Counted from the first letter of the whole stretch, positions 48,364 through 62,080 are shown. The stretch: DNA of 62,420 bases, filler included, from Globobulimina sp. (GCA_003354225.1; 22 parts of 22 records of this genome joined end to end with filler, not necessarily neighbours in it); one strand, 5' to 3'. Numbers and translations: made by a program. Notes: a model not told the origin generated them from the sequence alone.

Positions 48364-50501
48364 ATGTCAAAACATGTAACACCAGAAGAACGACACCAAA
48401 TTGTAGTGGATTATATAAAAGAAGTAAAGAAAGACACAAAAGTGTTTCATTTACGATGGAGCGAAGGAGAATTACTGACGAAAAAAGTGTTAATCACAAC
48501 GCCAGCTTTCTGGTACATGAAATATGGGTGGAAGCGTAAGAAAATCGAAGATATGTTTTTCAAGGCACAGATTGAAGTCGATCTACTTTTAGAAAGATCT
48601 TTCGATGAAGTATTTGGTGGCGGTTATAAAGGACAACGATGGCAAGATACTGCCTTACGAGGCAAATTAGACAGTTTATGGGAGAGAATATACGGAACAC
48701 GCAAATGGAGGAAAAAAACCAAAAAGAAATCAAAACTAACATGGCAACAGAAACAGCAACAAATTAAATTGAAACAACAACAGCAACAAAACAATCCCAA
48801 TAACATTGAAGGTGCCGACGAACAGTTAACTTTCGACGAATTCCTACAAGCTTTAAAAATGAATAAAGTTACCATCACTCCACAATTAGCACAGAATATA
48901 TTCAATGAGATCGATACAAATAAGAATGGATTCATTACCAAACTTGAAATGGACGCTGCGTTGGCTAAATTGGACGAAATTGATTTTAGCGGCATTGCTA
49001 ATTTAGCAAATAACCCAGAAATGCTTAATTTGTTTATGATGAAGAAAGTGATGGATTGTTTATTGAGTGAGCAAGGTTTACAATTCGTAGAAACGGAATT
49101 TATCGCCGATTTGAAATCCAATGTGTTCTTTGATGATCCGGAATGTGTCGCATATCTCAATAAATTGGGTGTGTTCACATGTGTATATCTCCATAAATTG
49201 TAACAAAAATAATGACACTTTATAGGTGATCGCGATTTGAAATGGGAGGAGAGAGTGACTGCGATGATACAGATGAATGCCGGTCTGGTTTCAGGCAAAT
49301 TTGATGCGATAATGTTGAATGATGACCAAGTGCGACAATTATTATTTGGGATTGCCACCCAATTATTGGATGAAAACGAAAAGGTGCAATGCAAAGCGAT
49401 TGAAGTTGCGCCAAATATTTTAGATGAGTGTTTCCATAAAGTTGGAAATATTAATGTTGTGTATGAGCATTTACCTGCGATAATTGATAATTTTTTTAAG
49501 ATTTTAGATAATCCAAAATGTCGCATCAATCATCAAAATGTTAAATTTGGCATTGATGAACTTATCGATAATATTATTAATACGCAACACCCTGTGGCTG
49601 CCTTACAATTAGCAAAGATATTTGCGGGTAAATGTGATTTAGAAAATGTAAATAATGCACAAACACGCAATTTTGGCTTACAATGTTTAAGCAAAATTAT
49701 GTTTTCTTTGGAATCTCCATATTTATCGTTTGAGAAATCTCAAATTAAAGCACCCAAAGTTGATAATTCGAAATTGCCACAAAAAGGTATATAACAAATA
49801 CATTAAACGTGTGTCATGGTTTTGAGTCAAGTTTTTGAGTGAAAATTATCTAACTGTACAAAATGAAGGCTGTCCACACAAAACTTTCATACTTTTATTT
49901 TAACGTTTATCTGAATTAATATTTGTGTATATTTTGTTGGTTATAATCAGGTGATCCGGATCGGGAATGGTTAGATTGTGCGACCTCACACCAACCAGGC
50001 CCCAGTGTGAGATATATGAACCAGAATGCAGCGGGACAAGAGCAGAAAAAGCAATATATTTCCGGTGCAGAGAATGAATTAATACTCGGATATGGTAAAG
50101 GTCAATATCGAGCAGATGATGATGAGAAAAAAAACGTAGATAATTATGATCCAAATAAGAAATTAATGGATAAAACATCGGAAGAGATTGGTGCTGAATT
50201 TGTAGATGTAGTAAGCAACGGATTATCGGCGGCAATGATGGATCCAAATCGCAATAATAAGATTCATGCATTTAAAACCAATAATATTTTAAATCAATTA
50301 CAGCCTCAATTTAGTCGCAATTTAGAAAAAGAAAGCAAAAAAAGATATGATCAGTGGGAGTCTGGTGATATGAAAGCGTATCCAAAGCAACAACCAAAGC
50401 AATTACCGCAAATGAAAAAAATCGATCCAAAATTAGTAACTATGTCAACCAATACAAAAATAAAAATGAGTAATTTTAAACCATCGCTACCTGATATTTA
50501 A
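48364..50501 (+). CDS. EF-hand plus HEAT/TOG-like repeat protein, multi-exon
   Basis: EF loop DTNKNGFITKLE and the HEAT-like WEERV.AM..LLDENEKV; introns at about 49170-49224 and 49787-49950. Confidence 0.7.
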
Positions 50502-51214
50502 TTTGACAGTAATGACATAATCATTGTGTTCTTTTGTGTAATATACAGCAATACGACTATAACTTTTTTTACTACACTTAACGATTTCAAACTAAAAACA
50601 ACAAACAAAGTATTTTTGAACCATCAGTTTAGTTCGCTGGACTTAGAATACTACCTTTTGGAAACACCGCGTGTTTGAACAATTTTATAATCCTATGGAG
50701 ATTTACATGCAGTGCAAGGATAATGTATACAATTTCAAAAGAACAGTGTTTCAAACAGGTCCTATTCTAAATTATTATAATAATTCAATTGAAGAAACTT
50801 TGTCATAAATACTGACTGCTGCTCTGTATTTGCTTTTTTTTATATTGAAAGGAAAAATTGAAATCTGTTTGATGTCTTGTGACTTCTTTGCTTTTATTTC
50901 ATCCAAATCAATATTCATCGCAATTATAATTATAATTATCATTATATACATATTGTTGTTTTTGCAAAGTTTTTATTGCATTTTTTTTTAAAATGTGAAT
51001 ATATTTAACAATCGCATTCTTATTCTTATGATTTAGTGCTGGTTTGATTGATGATTTTANNNNNNNNNNNNNNNNNNNNNNNNNNNNNNNNNNNNNNNNN
51101 NNNTTAATTAATTAANNNNNNNNNNNNNNNNNNNNNNNNNNNNNNNNNNNNNNNNNNNNTTTTGTGTCGGAAAATAAACTTTGTTACTAAAAGCTCTAAG
51201 CAACAAACATTGGA

Positions 51215-52161
51215 CATGATTAGTGCGACACTGTTATATCTATTTACTATTTGCGTGTTTAGTGTACCAGAAAAGCATGCATTAACAAACGAATGTACAT
51301 ATAACAAATTATCAGCAGGCACATATCGTTGCATATTACCCGATGATCATATATCATTTTATGTGGACTGTATGGTTGATGGTACAATGTATATTAACCC
51401 GGGACAACAGTCTCTTTATCATTATCACAAGTTAGTACTACTATATATTTAATAGCGCAAAATCGCATAACTATTATATATAATAAAATAAATAAAATAA
51501 AATAAAATAAAACAGACAAACAGGGCTTGAAATGAAATTTGTATCACTTATATCATCAGATTATGAATCTGAGAGTGATGTTGATATTGAACATTTACCA
51601 CAACTTCAAGATTTAATAAACAATGATGGCGAGGATGAGGCAAAGGAAGAGGAAGAGGCAGAGAGTTTAGAATCTGAGGAATTAACAGAATCAGAGAAGA
51701 AAAGTGTGAATTTAAGTGCACAATATATTGTATATTGTGTCATAATTGCAATGGCATTGCTGTTTGTATTTGGAATAACTTTATTAATAATATATCGGTG
51801 GTGTCATTGCCGCAATAAACATAAAAATAAAACAACAAATAACAAAACAGCAAATAATAATAATAATGATAATGATAATGTTGATGAGACGCAGCCTTTC
51901 CTTGATATTCGATCAGAAAATACAATAAAAAAACAACAACATGATGGCATTGCAACGAGTATTGGGAATACATTATATTTCCAAAGGACTAAAAGGAGTC
52001 ATAATAGCAATACGAATAACGATATTTATCATGACATAATAAATGATGTGAATGAGAATGAAGATGGCGATGAGTTAATTGCACATTACGGGTCGACTGC
52101 CATTACAAATGATAATTATAAGCAAAAACATGGTTATGTTATAGCTAAATGTCCAAAGTAA
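51215..52161 (+). CDS. Type I membrane protein, 2 exons
   Basis: Signal peptide and small Cys domain; an intron at about 51382-51523 restores the frame into an acidic stalk, TM and Asn-rich tail. Confidence 0.65.
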
Positions 52162-52393
52162 ACCTAAACCATGCATTTCTCACTCAGCATTTAATATTTT
52201 TAAACTTTAAAGTAATTTAATGTTGACTCTTTATACATATTTTAATTTTAATGTTTGTAGCAGCAGTATTGTATGTTAATTCCTTTACTTTTTTTGAAAT
52301 ATTTTTGGTACATTATTCATTATTTGTTGTAAGTTGTACTTTTACAAAACCTTAAATTAAAAAAAAGTTTTTTTTCTAAGTGTAATTTTGTGA

Positions 52394-53404
52394 ATGGAAT
52401 ACTCAAACACTGCGGTCAAAATAAATATAGCATCCCCGAAATTTAGCATTACGCGTAACAAAAAACAGAAATTGACGTTCAAACGGAACAGCAAGAAAAA
52501 AAGAAACCGAACAGTCAGATCAAATACTATTCCAACACCAACACCAAAACCAAAATCGAAAAAAAAGAAAGAAAACAGCAGAAAAACAAAGAGATCGAAG
52601 AGTGAAGTAAATGCTATAAAAGACAATGAAGATGAAAAAAAGAATGACAATATTTCCATTTTACAAAGGACGTCAACATCGCAGATTGAATATTCCAATG
52701 TGATGGCAAAAGATGAAGAAAATTATAACTTAAATAAAAATAAAAAACAAACAAAAGAGAAAGTAAAAGAGATAAATATGTTATTAGATAGAATGGAGAA
52801 CGATTTACAATTTATATTTAGTTGTAATTTTTTGAATAAATCATTACAAGCAAATTGTAATAAGATTTATAATTTGTGCGCATCTTTACATTATGCATTG
52901 GTTGAATACAAATTATCGTTTCTCGCACCCGTTTGCAGGATAAAATTAATTGAATTGGATTCCATATTTATTTGCATAATTAAACAGTTTAAAAGATATC
53001 TAAAACATAAGCAAAAAATGAATAAATTAATTGTATTGATAGCAAACATCGAAGCACACTCTTCGATTATTTTATATTCTCTCGTCAGAGCAAGACAATT
53101 ATTTTTACAATTTCATGAAAATAAAAAATTATTAATATTTTGGATGAATTTGTTTCCTAAAAATGAGTTAGAATTTGTTGAATTATCTTGGCTTGGTTTT
53201 GTAAATAATATTCAAGGAAAGCAATGCAGCAAAAAATTTAAAAAATTTAAAAAATTCAAAGTGGAAAATATGCTGATTGTGTTAACTGATAATTATGCGG
53301 TGCTCACCATCCAAGAGTTCAAAAAAAGTGTATCTGAGCACAAATCTGTAGCTGGTTGGCTCAACGATATGTATGCCTTCATATATTATTCCTTATCATC
53401 ATAA
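52394..53404 (+). CDS. Hypothetical protein with a Lys-rich N-terminus and helical C-terminus
   Basis: 336-aa ATG-TAA ORF. Confidence 0.7.
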   Translation: MEYSNTAVKINIASPKFSITRNKKQKLTFKRNSKKKRNRTVRSNTIPTPTPKPKSKKKKENSRKTKRSKSEVNAIKDNEDEKKNDNISILQRTSTSQIEYSNVMAKDEENYNLNKNKKQTKEKVKEINMLLDRMENDLQFIFSCNFLNKSLQANCNKIYNLCASLHYALVEYKLSFLAPVCRIKLIELDSIFICIIKQFKRYLKHKQKMNKLIVLIANIEAHSSIILYSLVRARQLFLQFHENKKLLIFWMNLFPKNELEFVELSWLGFVNNIQGKQCSKKFKKFKKFKVENMLIVLTDNYAVLTIQEFKKSVSEHKSVAGWLNDMYAFIYYSLSS

Positions 53405-53665
53405 ATAAAATTATCAGGTTTTAAATGTTTAAGTATATAATACCGTATTAATATTTATTGTATTTATGTGTCTTTGTCGATATCCTTTTTCTTTTTTTCT
53501 TATTAATGTAATAAATTTGTATTATGTTTATTCTTTTTTTTGTGTGTATTTTTTAGTATTAATAATATATTTAATTTATACATGTGTACCAAAGCAAATA
53601 CATTTGCTGTCAGCGCTTAACCGTATACCGAGATAATGGTATTCGACTTTATTGTATACAGTAAC

Positions 53666-53814
53666 AAAGAGCATCCGGTTTTCAACGTCAGATTATTATT
53701 GTTTCTGAGAAACGAAGGGAAACCTATATAATTTTTGCCTTTGTCAGTCACCAGAAACGGTTTGCATCTACCTTACCCCAATAAAAATCTGAGGCTGAAA
53801 ACCGGATGCTCTTT
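53666..53814. mobile_element. MITE-like element with 36-bp terminal inverted repeats
   Basis: 53666-53701 matches the reverse complement of 53779-53814 at 33 of 36 positions, the outer 19 bp perfectly; the 77-bp interior is non-coding. Confidence 0.6.
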
Positions 53815-54132
53815 CCAAAAGGCGATATTCTAAACACATTCTATTCTAAAGTGCTGATATATTCTTTTTTTTTTGCCTATAAAAAACTGCGTGTTGAAAA
53901 NNNNNNNNNNNNNNNNNNNNNNNNNNNNNNNNNNNNNNNNNNNNTTAATTAATTAANNNNNNNNNNNNNNNNNNNNNNNNNNNNNNNNNNNNNNNNNNNN
54001 ATACTCATACTACTCGTTATTTTGTTTTGTGGCTGAACAATTTTCATTATGTAAGCACAAGAAACAATGTCGTTGAGTTGAAAATGTCAATGGAATAAAT
54101 TAAACTATTATTAAAGCACAAATTCTTTAATT

Positions 54133-56663
54133 TTAGTTATAATCTGTATGAATAACCGATATTTCTGCCAAGCTTAATGAAATGGCTGGTATCACTGAGT
54201 TTGGTATGGTCGCATCATAAACGGAATTAACATATTCATCATTATAAAATAATTCAATTTTCTGTGATTTAAAATCCACTCTCATCTTAAACCTATCACC
54301 GGCTTTAACATTCAATGTATATTTTCTCTTTGTTTTTATTGACGAAACTATTTTCTTTGTTGAATTTTTTCCGGATTCACATAATGTAAAATTGCTATCC
54401 CTCCGATTACCGCTGATAGATACAAAAAAGTAACGAACAATTTGTGGCCAGAAACTAGGTCCATGGTTTAAAAAATTATCCCAATTACTTAGCCTTTTTG
54501 GATGACCAATATATCCAAAATGAATACAAGCACCCGATGCCCATCTATTTAGCTTAAATTCCCATTCATACCAAGCACATAACTCACTCGATATAATTTG
54601 ATTTGACACACAACCGCTGGGCAACTATACAAATTTTGTTCCAATGGTTTTATTATCGATCCACCGCATATACTTTCCACGGCAAGCTTTGTTCCAACTA
54701 AACGTAGCTATTCCTGTGCAAAACAATTTGATTAACTCAACAACTGATGAAATCATTAGATTTTGTTTGTCAAATTGATGAATATATCCATATACAATCA
54801 ATTCAGTCTTTTTGTTGGTTGACCGATTTGTTGTGACCGCCATCGTATTAATTAAACCTGGTAACTTATCTCGAATCCATTTAATGTCATAACCTTTTGC
54901 TGTCGCGGTCATATTAACCAACAAATGAGGTATATATCCACACGGATCCATTTTTACAATATAATATGCTTTAGATTTATTGATTTTATTCTTCCACAAC
55001 GTCTTTTTGATTTTTTCCAACACAAAACCTGTCATACACAAATCCGCTCTCACTCTCTGTTCCCTCTCTGGTACATATCCGTCCACTGTACGATCATCAT
55101 TGTATCCAATAACTGCCACAATATATTTACTTTTGTTTTTGTGCTTATATGTTTTGTATTTTTTTCTGAATTGAAAGTAACAAAAATCTCTGTTCAATAC
55201 CACCTTATCTGCAAAATTTGGTGCTTTATATTCACTGTAAACTAAACATCGATTATTGCCGTATCTCTTCACTGCTTTACAACTGAGACAAAGTTTATCA
55301 TAATCACGTTTTGCGTTAAATATTCCATCTTTTTGTGCATCTACAAACTCATAAAATTGATCAGCAGAAACAGTGGTTTTTACCGATGAACGGACAGTAA
55401 CAACTCCCGTGTTTTTTTTTCCTTTTTGTCCAGTATGCGCCCATTCGACCTCAATTCCTTTCTGTTTCGAGTGGATTTTTGTCCATTTAATGCCATCATC
55501 TTCTCCCAATGCTAAACTTATCAATTCCCTCGAAATTTGTTCATCTTTTTCCAACATTATTGAATGTTTGTTATTCATTTCAATTTTGTTTAAAAATAGT
55601 TGAGCTGCAGTGATGAATATATTTCTCACATTCGCTCCATTCATGGCACTACATTCTAATGCCCAAAAATTAAATTGTTTCCAACCAGGATCATTCATGA
55701 TATTAAGCGTTTTGTTCTCTTCATATTTCGGATCCACATAACCTTCGTCTGATTTACAGCCAACTAACATAATCACAACATCTTTAACATTAATAATTTC
55801 TTCTCTTAGTTTTAAACAATAATCATATGATTTAGGTTTATTTTTATCATAACAAAGTACAATCGTATCAGCTTTTTGTTGAATAAAATTAGTTTCAACG
55901 ATTTTCATATCAATAGAAACACTGCAATCAGTGCCATTGTCTATAATTTGGTGGTGATGAACCACATATTCCTGGTTGTCATTGGATGGACTCGAATGAG
56001 CTCGATTTTGCGTATATCTCTCAATTAAACTGGTTTTCCCAACACGTTTATCGCCGGCAACCAATATAGTCATTGTGTGTGCAGTTTTATTTGTTACATC
56101 AAAATAATTCTCATATTTACATTCTACATCTTTTGGTGGTGCATGTTTGTCCTTGTCATTGTTGATTAATCGCATCAATTTCCTAAATTTCATTTTTTGT
56201 GCAATATCCAAATTCATTGATGTACAAAGTGCATTAATAACGCCACGATCATATTGAATATCATTTTGCAGCGTATCCAAATCATAATGGTTCTGTTTTA
56301 ATATTCCTTCTAATTCATTATAGAGCTTTTGTAATGCTGGTTGTAGGCATTGCAAACTAATAAAAGATTGGTTCTTTATATTATATGATTGTATTGTTCT
56401 ATTCTCATCTGTTAACATTGTGCCTTTAAATACCAATTGATAATTTGTGGCTTTATTTGCTTTGTGATAAATTTCATTTTTGACCTGTTTGATTGTCGAT
56501 GTACATTCTACGTGCAATATGATTGTGCTTTTATTGTTTCTTGTGATATATCTGTGTAAAAATATTTAATGAATAAACGGTAATTACACGAGTATAATAT
56601 TTCAACATACAATCGATAGATCTCAACACGCGGATCACGATCAAACGTATAAAAGTAATGCAT
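54133..56663 (-). CDS. Ubiquitin-like + Ras-like GTPase + START + SPRY/B30.2-like fusion protein with an in-frame TAG at 54625-54627
   Basis: Ubl: TIKQVK..QLVFKG.ML...RTIQSYNI. GTPase: GDKRVGKTS, VGCKSD, ECSA. START: NRDFCY, VRA..TGFVL, MDPCGYIP..LVN. SPRY-like: YEWEFKL..IHFG..GDRFKM.VDF..F.YND..PAISL. A putative first exon starts at ATG 56663. Confidence 0.8.
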
Positions 56664-56841
56664 TGTAAAAATTAAACGTAATTAAACTTTGTTGTGAAAA
56701 AAGCAGAAGAAACTTCAGTTGTGATCATAGCAGTGACACANNNNNNNNNNNNNNNNNNNNNNNNNNNNNNNNNNNNNNNNNNNNTTAATTAATTAANNNN
56801 NNNNNNNNNNNNNNNNNNNNNNNNNNNNNNNNNNNNNNNNG

Positions 56842-57279
56842 GATGTTGCCAATAATGATGGAATTAGTTACCAAGGATTTGCAAAAGCGTATTATGAAAA
56901 AATAGTGGTGAGAAGGTTTGATATGATATTGCATGATACAATGAATGGAGCGCTCATTCTTATCGATGTTCCGTGGCATATGGAAGGGCCATTGGGTGAA
57001 CAAGAAAATATTAATTTCGTTGATAACAGATATATTTATGAAGGATGGAATTATGATATCAAAAAATATGATAACAATGGTAATAATTTTGTGAATAATA
57101 ATAAGGACATTACAATTGATGCGATGATTGGAGCTTTGGTGGTGTTGCTAATTGCATTAATTATAAATATTTCGATATTAGTGATGCAAATAGCAAATGA
57201 TAAACGACGCAAAATAAATAGAACTTATGTAAATAAAGCTATTGACAGTGAAGATGACGAATTAGTTGAATTTATTTAA
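56842..57279 (+). CDS. C-terminal fragment of a single-pass membrane protein
   Basis: Open from the contig edge; TM AMIGALVVLLIALIINISILV followed by basic residues. Confidence 0.6.
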   Translation, partial: DVANNDGISYQGFAKAYYEKIVVRRFDMILHDTMNGALILIDVPWHMEGPLGEQENINFVDNRYIYEGWNYDIKKYDNNGNNFVNNNKDITIDAMIGALVVLLIALIINISILVMQIANDKRRKINRTYVNKAIDSEDDELVEFI

Positions 57280-57472
57280 CCGCCAGAAAAACTTTTGTAC
57301 ATAATTAATATTTTTTTTTTTTGGATGGTATGTACAGTGTATACATAATTTTACTTTATTATGCCATAATTGTTGGTACAATATAGATTGGAGAATGAGA
57401 TTTTTTTTATAAACAACAACACAAAAACAATCAAATAAAAGTCCAAAACGAAAACACAAAAATTTAAGAAAC

Positions 57473-59355
57473 TCAATATCGATAATCTTGTAAATTTGGC
57501 ATATCATCGTATTTGACAGATTTGATGGTCACTTGGTCCATGCAATGACATAAAGTGAAAGCAGGTTGCACATAGCCAGGAAATTCGAAATATAACGGAT
57601 CCAAAACAATATCATTGATCCTAAATGACAATGTACGCGACATTGAGTCAATTCTCATACTCACACGAACATTCCTTAACGGCGGCGGTCCACTGAATCT
57701 ATCCTCGTCTGATTATCATTTATTTTGTATCTCACTGAGTGAGTGCGAGGATGGCAAACAATAAACATACCGTTTTCATCCTGTTGTATCTGCTCCGGTG
57801 TCTGTTGAATGTCGTACATTTTCTGTGCACTATTCTTGTAATTCTCCTTCATATTTTGTCTCAAATACTCACTCCGTTTCATATCGCCCACATCATTGCT
57901 ATTCAACCAAGCTTTGCCATACCTCACCGACAATGAAATGGAATGCGGATCGCTGCCAATAAAGTGATAAAACGACACATCTTTCTCGTACTCATTATCA
58001 CAAATGATACCAAAATAGACGTCATACTTCGCGAAATCTATCACATATTCACAAGTCACTGCATTATCGCTGTACTTACACCACACATTGGAAGAGATTG
58101 TCACATAGCAATCAGACTTTATATACGAACTATTCGCAGCCAAGTTATAATTACAAATCTTAAATTGATGCGTGACGGATTTGTAGTTGTTATGCCAGCA
58201 AATCTCACCCAAATGTCCAGACTGTCGAATGTTGTTTGCAAAGGCCGCGAAATTGCATATTAAGGACAGGAGTGTATCCTGGCGGTCATACTGCGCAATG
58301 CCATAGATTCGCAACCAATGTCGCACCATTTTCTTGCAGATAAACTCATATTTGATGTTGGGAATCCATGCACTCCATAGAACGTAGTCAATGGTGTACC
58401 TTTTCTTGGCGTCCTTGGTCAATAAACCGTTGATGATATCAAATAAGTCGTCGCTGATTTGCATCCACTGTTCGCTCAATTTGCCATTCGACATTTGTTC
58501 ATACAACAAACTGAATTTGTTATCCGATGAATGCAGGATATTGTCCTGAATCTCGTCATCATCCTCGCCGATAAAAGGCTGTGCTCCGCCATTCAATATC
58601 ATGTAAATCAATATACCCAAAAACCAGGCATCGCATTGCCGATCGTACCGCAAATCCATCAATATTTCGGGCGCAGGGAATTGCCCATCGGCGCTGCGGA
58701 CATAATGGGTCAAAAAGCCACTGCCTTGCTCCATAATAGCCAATTTTTCGTCCGATTGCAGTGCTTTGGTGGCCCCAAAATCGATTAACATGACACGGGT
58801 AATGCGGGGCGGCGAGTCTTTGTAGGAAATGAAGATGTTATTTGGACGCAAGTCTTTATGCACCACACCAAAAGCATGCGTGAATTGCATGGTGCGGCAC
58901 AGTTCGTAAATTATGGATTTGCATAAAGTTTCGTTGTGCTTTATGAGGGAAAACTGGCTGGGAATGGGCTTCAAATTAATGGCCGGTTTCTCGTATACAA
59001 TATAGGAATAGTTCTGGCTCACTGTTTGGTAATGGATACGAGGTAAGTTGTTATGTTCTAAAGTGGCTAACTGGTCTAATAAATATTTTAGTGTCAATGC
59101 GATACATTTCTCGTTTTTGATTGATTTCATTAACATTTCGTCGCCAGTTTCACTGTCTTTTTCTTCGACTAAGTAGGTGGCGAACTTGGAGATGGAGGAC
59201 TCGTAACGCAGCTCGGTTGCACGAAATAAGCTTGGCATCGATAACACTGCCGAGGCTTTTCTACTGTGTTTGCCTCGAGTGTTGCTGTTGTTTGCTTCTT
59301 CTTCTTCTTCTTGGCTTGACGACATGCCTTGTTTTCTAGCTTTTGCTGTTAACAT
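57473..59355 (-). CDS. CAMK-like Ser/Thr kinase with a C-terminal SPRY-like domain
   Basis: [24 protein letters not shown] and PF. A phase-1 intron at 57709-57770 joins the last exon in frame. Confidence 0.85.
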
Positions 59356-59680
59356 CAAAAAAAACTTTTACTCAAGAAAGGCTACGGCGAAGAGTGTGAT
59401 TGGTGGTCGTTAAGCGTGATATTGTTTGAATGTTGGGTTATGCTCCCTTTTATGCGGATACGCCAATGAATACAATCAATTAACGCATCGTGAATTGTCA
59501 AAAAACGTTGAGAGTGGCCAAGGACTAAGGAGGCCAATTTGAGCAAATCTGTCTGAAGAAAGGGATGCATTTATCGTTTANNNNNNNNNNNNNNNNNNNN
59601 NNNNNNNNNNNNNNNNNNNNNNNNTTAATTAATTAANNNNNNNNNNNNNNNNNNNNNNNNNNNNNNNNNNNNNNNNNNNN

Positions 59681-62035
59681 TGACACAAATTGGAATAGCA
59701 TCGTCAGTATCAAGAGTCAAAGCAATTTTATATTTGCCACTATATTCAAATTTCAACACACATCCAAATTCAATAAAATCTTTATTCCAAACCTGTTTAT
59801 TTTTGGTTTCACATTTTAGTTTCCTACCAACTTGTGATTTAATTATATTATCTCTAATATTTCCCTGCTGTTTTGGATGAGTTAGAACCAAATCCATAAC
59901 TTCAATAATTTGAGCAGTAAACCACTGAGACATTTTCTTGAGAATTTCATTCAAACCGCCCCAGTCCGCATAAGGTTTCTCAATCAACAAATAATTATTG
60001 CCCACAATCAAGACACTCAACACCAAGGCTCCACTATTTTTATTCCCTTTATATCCATACTTAGTATCAATGGATGCTTGCCCTCCATTCTCCGCATCAA
60101 TGGGCTGCGGATTCCCTGCCAAATGCTCATATTTCCACTGGTTGGCATCAACAACATAGGCAGATATTGCATAGACATTATCCTTTGGATTGAACCCCGT
60201 CATACAATAAGAATGCACCGCGTCCGTACACAAGGGTTTACATTTCGACTTTTTGCCATTGGCGGCAGGCAAACCAGGCTCATACGGCGCGTCTTGTAAC
60301 AAATGCAACATTTCCAACACCGGCTTAGCTATAACCAAATCCAGCTCTTTTTCCAAGTCCTCCACTGTTTTCTTAACATCATTGAGTACATCCAACACAG
60401 CGTCCAAATAGAAATAAGCTATGATTTCCGCATAGATTCTATGTCCAACCGGTCCCGGATGCCATGTCACATAAAAATGCTCATCACTCCACTTCTGAGG
60501 CTCCTTTTTCTTCATCGGATTCATGCCGAGAAACGGAGCAAATTCCACTATGCCGGCACCATAATTGCTGTACGTCTCAATTAAGTCTTTGTAGCCCGCA
60601 TATATTCCGGATTTAGTATCGAATTCCAATGGTTTTTCGCCGTTTGTCCCGGCAATAACCGCATGCCATACTGGTCGGTTTGGCATATTCATGTTATACG
60701 TGCCACCATATACACTCAGACTGCTCCTGATATGGTCTTCCATGGTATGTTTGCGTGAATCGTCACTGCCGGCATCGTTCATAGTGGATTCCCAAAACAC
60801 CACATCGATTTTCTCCGCATTTCCGCCGGTGATTGCCGGGATACACCAAGCCATCTGATTGGTGCCTATGGCACCGCCGATTGCGCCATTCGACACTGTG
60901 AAGGCGGCGCCTTTGTAACCGATGCGTTTCCATAACGGTCGCATTATGGACTGTAACTGCATGGGATACGAACTCATGAATAAGTTGTCGTGTCCTGCAG
61001 TGTTGGAGGAACCTTATATAAATTATACAAAATACAAATTGCTATGCATTACACTGTGAAAACTGACCTGTGAACACAACGTGAAAAGTATCGCCTAATA
61101 ACAGACTGCGCGCCAACTTTAAGCCCAAACGGATTTTACTATCGTCCATTTTGCTGTGTTTCTGCACACTGTTTGTCAATATCCGTTGATCTGGAAACTC
61201 GCCTTCGATGTCACTCTTCATACTCTCAATTTCGCCAATAATTTGTTCAATATTCATCGCAATGTTGGTAGATCTGTACACATCAAATGGATCCGCATAG
61301 GTCGGGTCAATCCGACCATGTCCGTTGTAATGATATTTTAATTTCGGATTGGATTTGATTTCGTTTTTTCGTGTTTGTGATTTTGATGTCGCATCGCCGC
61401 AATCCAACTTATTACAATATCGAATCTGCTCTTCATTCAATGCACAAACACCACGAAATAACCCACTTTCAAACAATTCATCATTTTCGTTCGAAGCATC
61501 ACTTTTTATTTGCAAATTAGCCAATAAATCCTCATCACATTTGCCAATTTTCTTCTTTCTCACTCCAATGCCGCAGCTTCCATCCCATCTCGATGGATTT
61601 CGCCACGTCGGCTCTTGAACAAAACAGTCATCATCGCCGCCACTGTCGCTCCACCCCACAATCTCTGGATTTTCATATTCGATTTTTGTGGTAATGTCAA
61701 AGCCGTTGCCAGTCACACTGCCATCAGTAATTACATTGAAACACAGCTCGAATGATGGAATATCTTTTTCTTTCCACTCGTTCAAATAATCAAAGTCCAC
61801 TCTGTAAACCACTGTTTCTTGCACAATATTCCCGGTAAATACCTGTCCTTTAAACTGCGAATTGACATAAACGCGCACAAAATCATAACCAGATTCCATG
61901 TCGAATTTGTTAATCGAGGCTGTTATTTTGAAGCTATAATCTTTCCAAAATGCTTGGTTTGTCACCAATTTGTCCGCGTTGGCAAACTCAAAGATATAAC
62001 AATGCCAATCGTTCATATTCGAAACATATTCATGC
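59681..62035 (-). CDS. CUB-like + TSP1-like + SGNH hydrolase-like protein, partial at both ends
   Basis: CUB: FDMESGYDFVRVY..TDGSVTGNGF. TSP1-like: SCGIGVR..CN..DC. SGNH blocks: FTG|SSNTAGHD across the intron at about 61013-61067, NGAIGG, WESTMND and WHPGPVGH. Confidence 0.75.
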
Positions 62036-62080
62036 TGCAAAGGAAATTCTTACCCGTTGCATTTCCCCTGCAGCATTTTG

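Noticed and set aside
48624-49529. 301-aa minus-strand ORF and the many other antisense ORFs
   Set aside because: They are shadows of real genes on the opposite strand and have no motifs of their own.
57665-57770. Apparent frameshift at the kinase C-terminus
   Set aside because: Explained by a canonical 62-nt GTATGT..CAG intron.
2744-59680. Regularly spaced TTAATTAATTAA repeats with ~2.84-kb periodicity, suggesting an array or nanochromosomes
   Set aside because: These are artificial N-padded linkers between size-sorted contigs; no telomeric repeats occur at contig ends.
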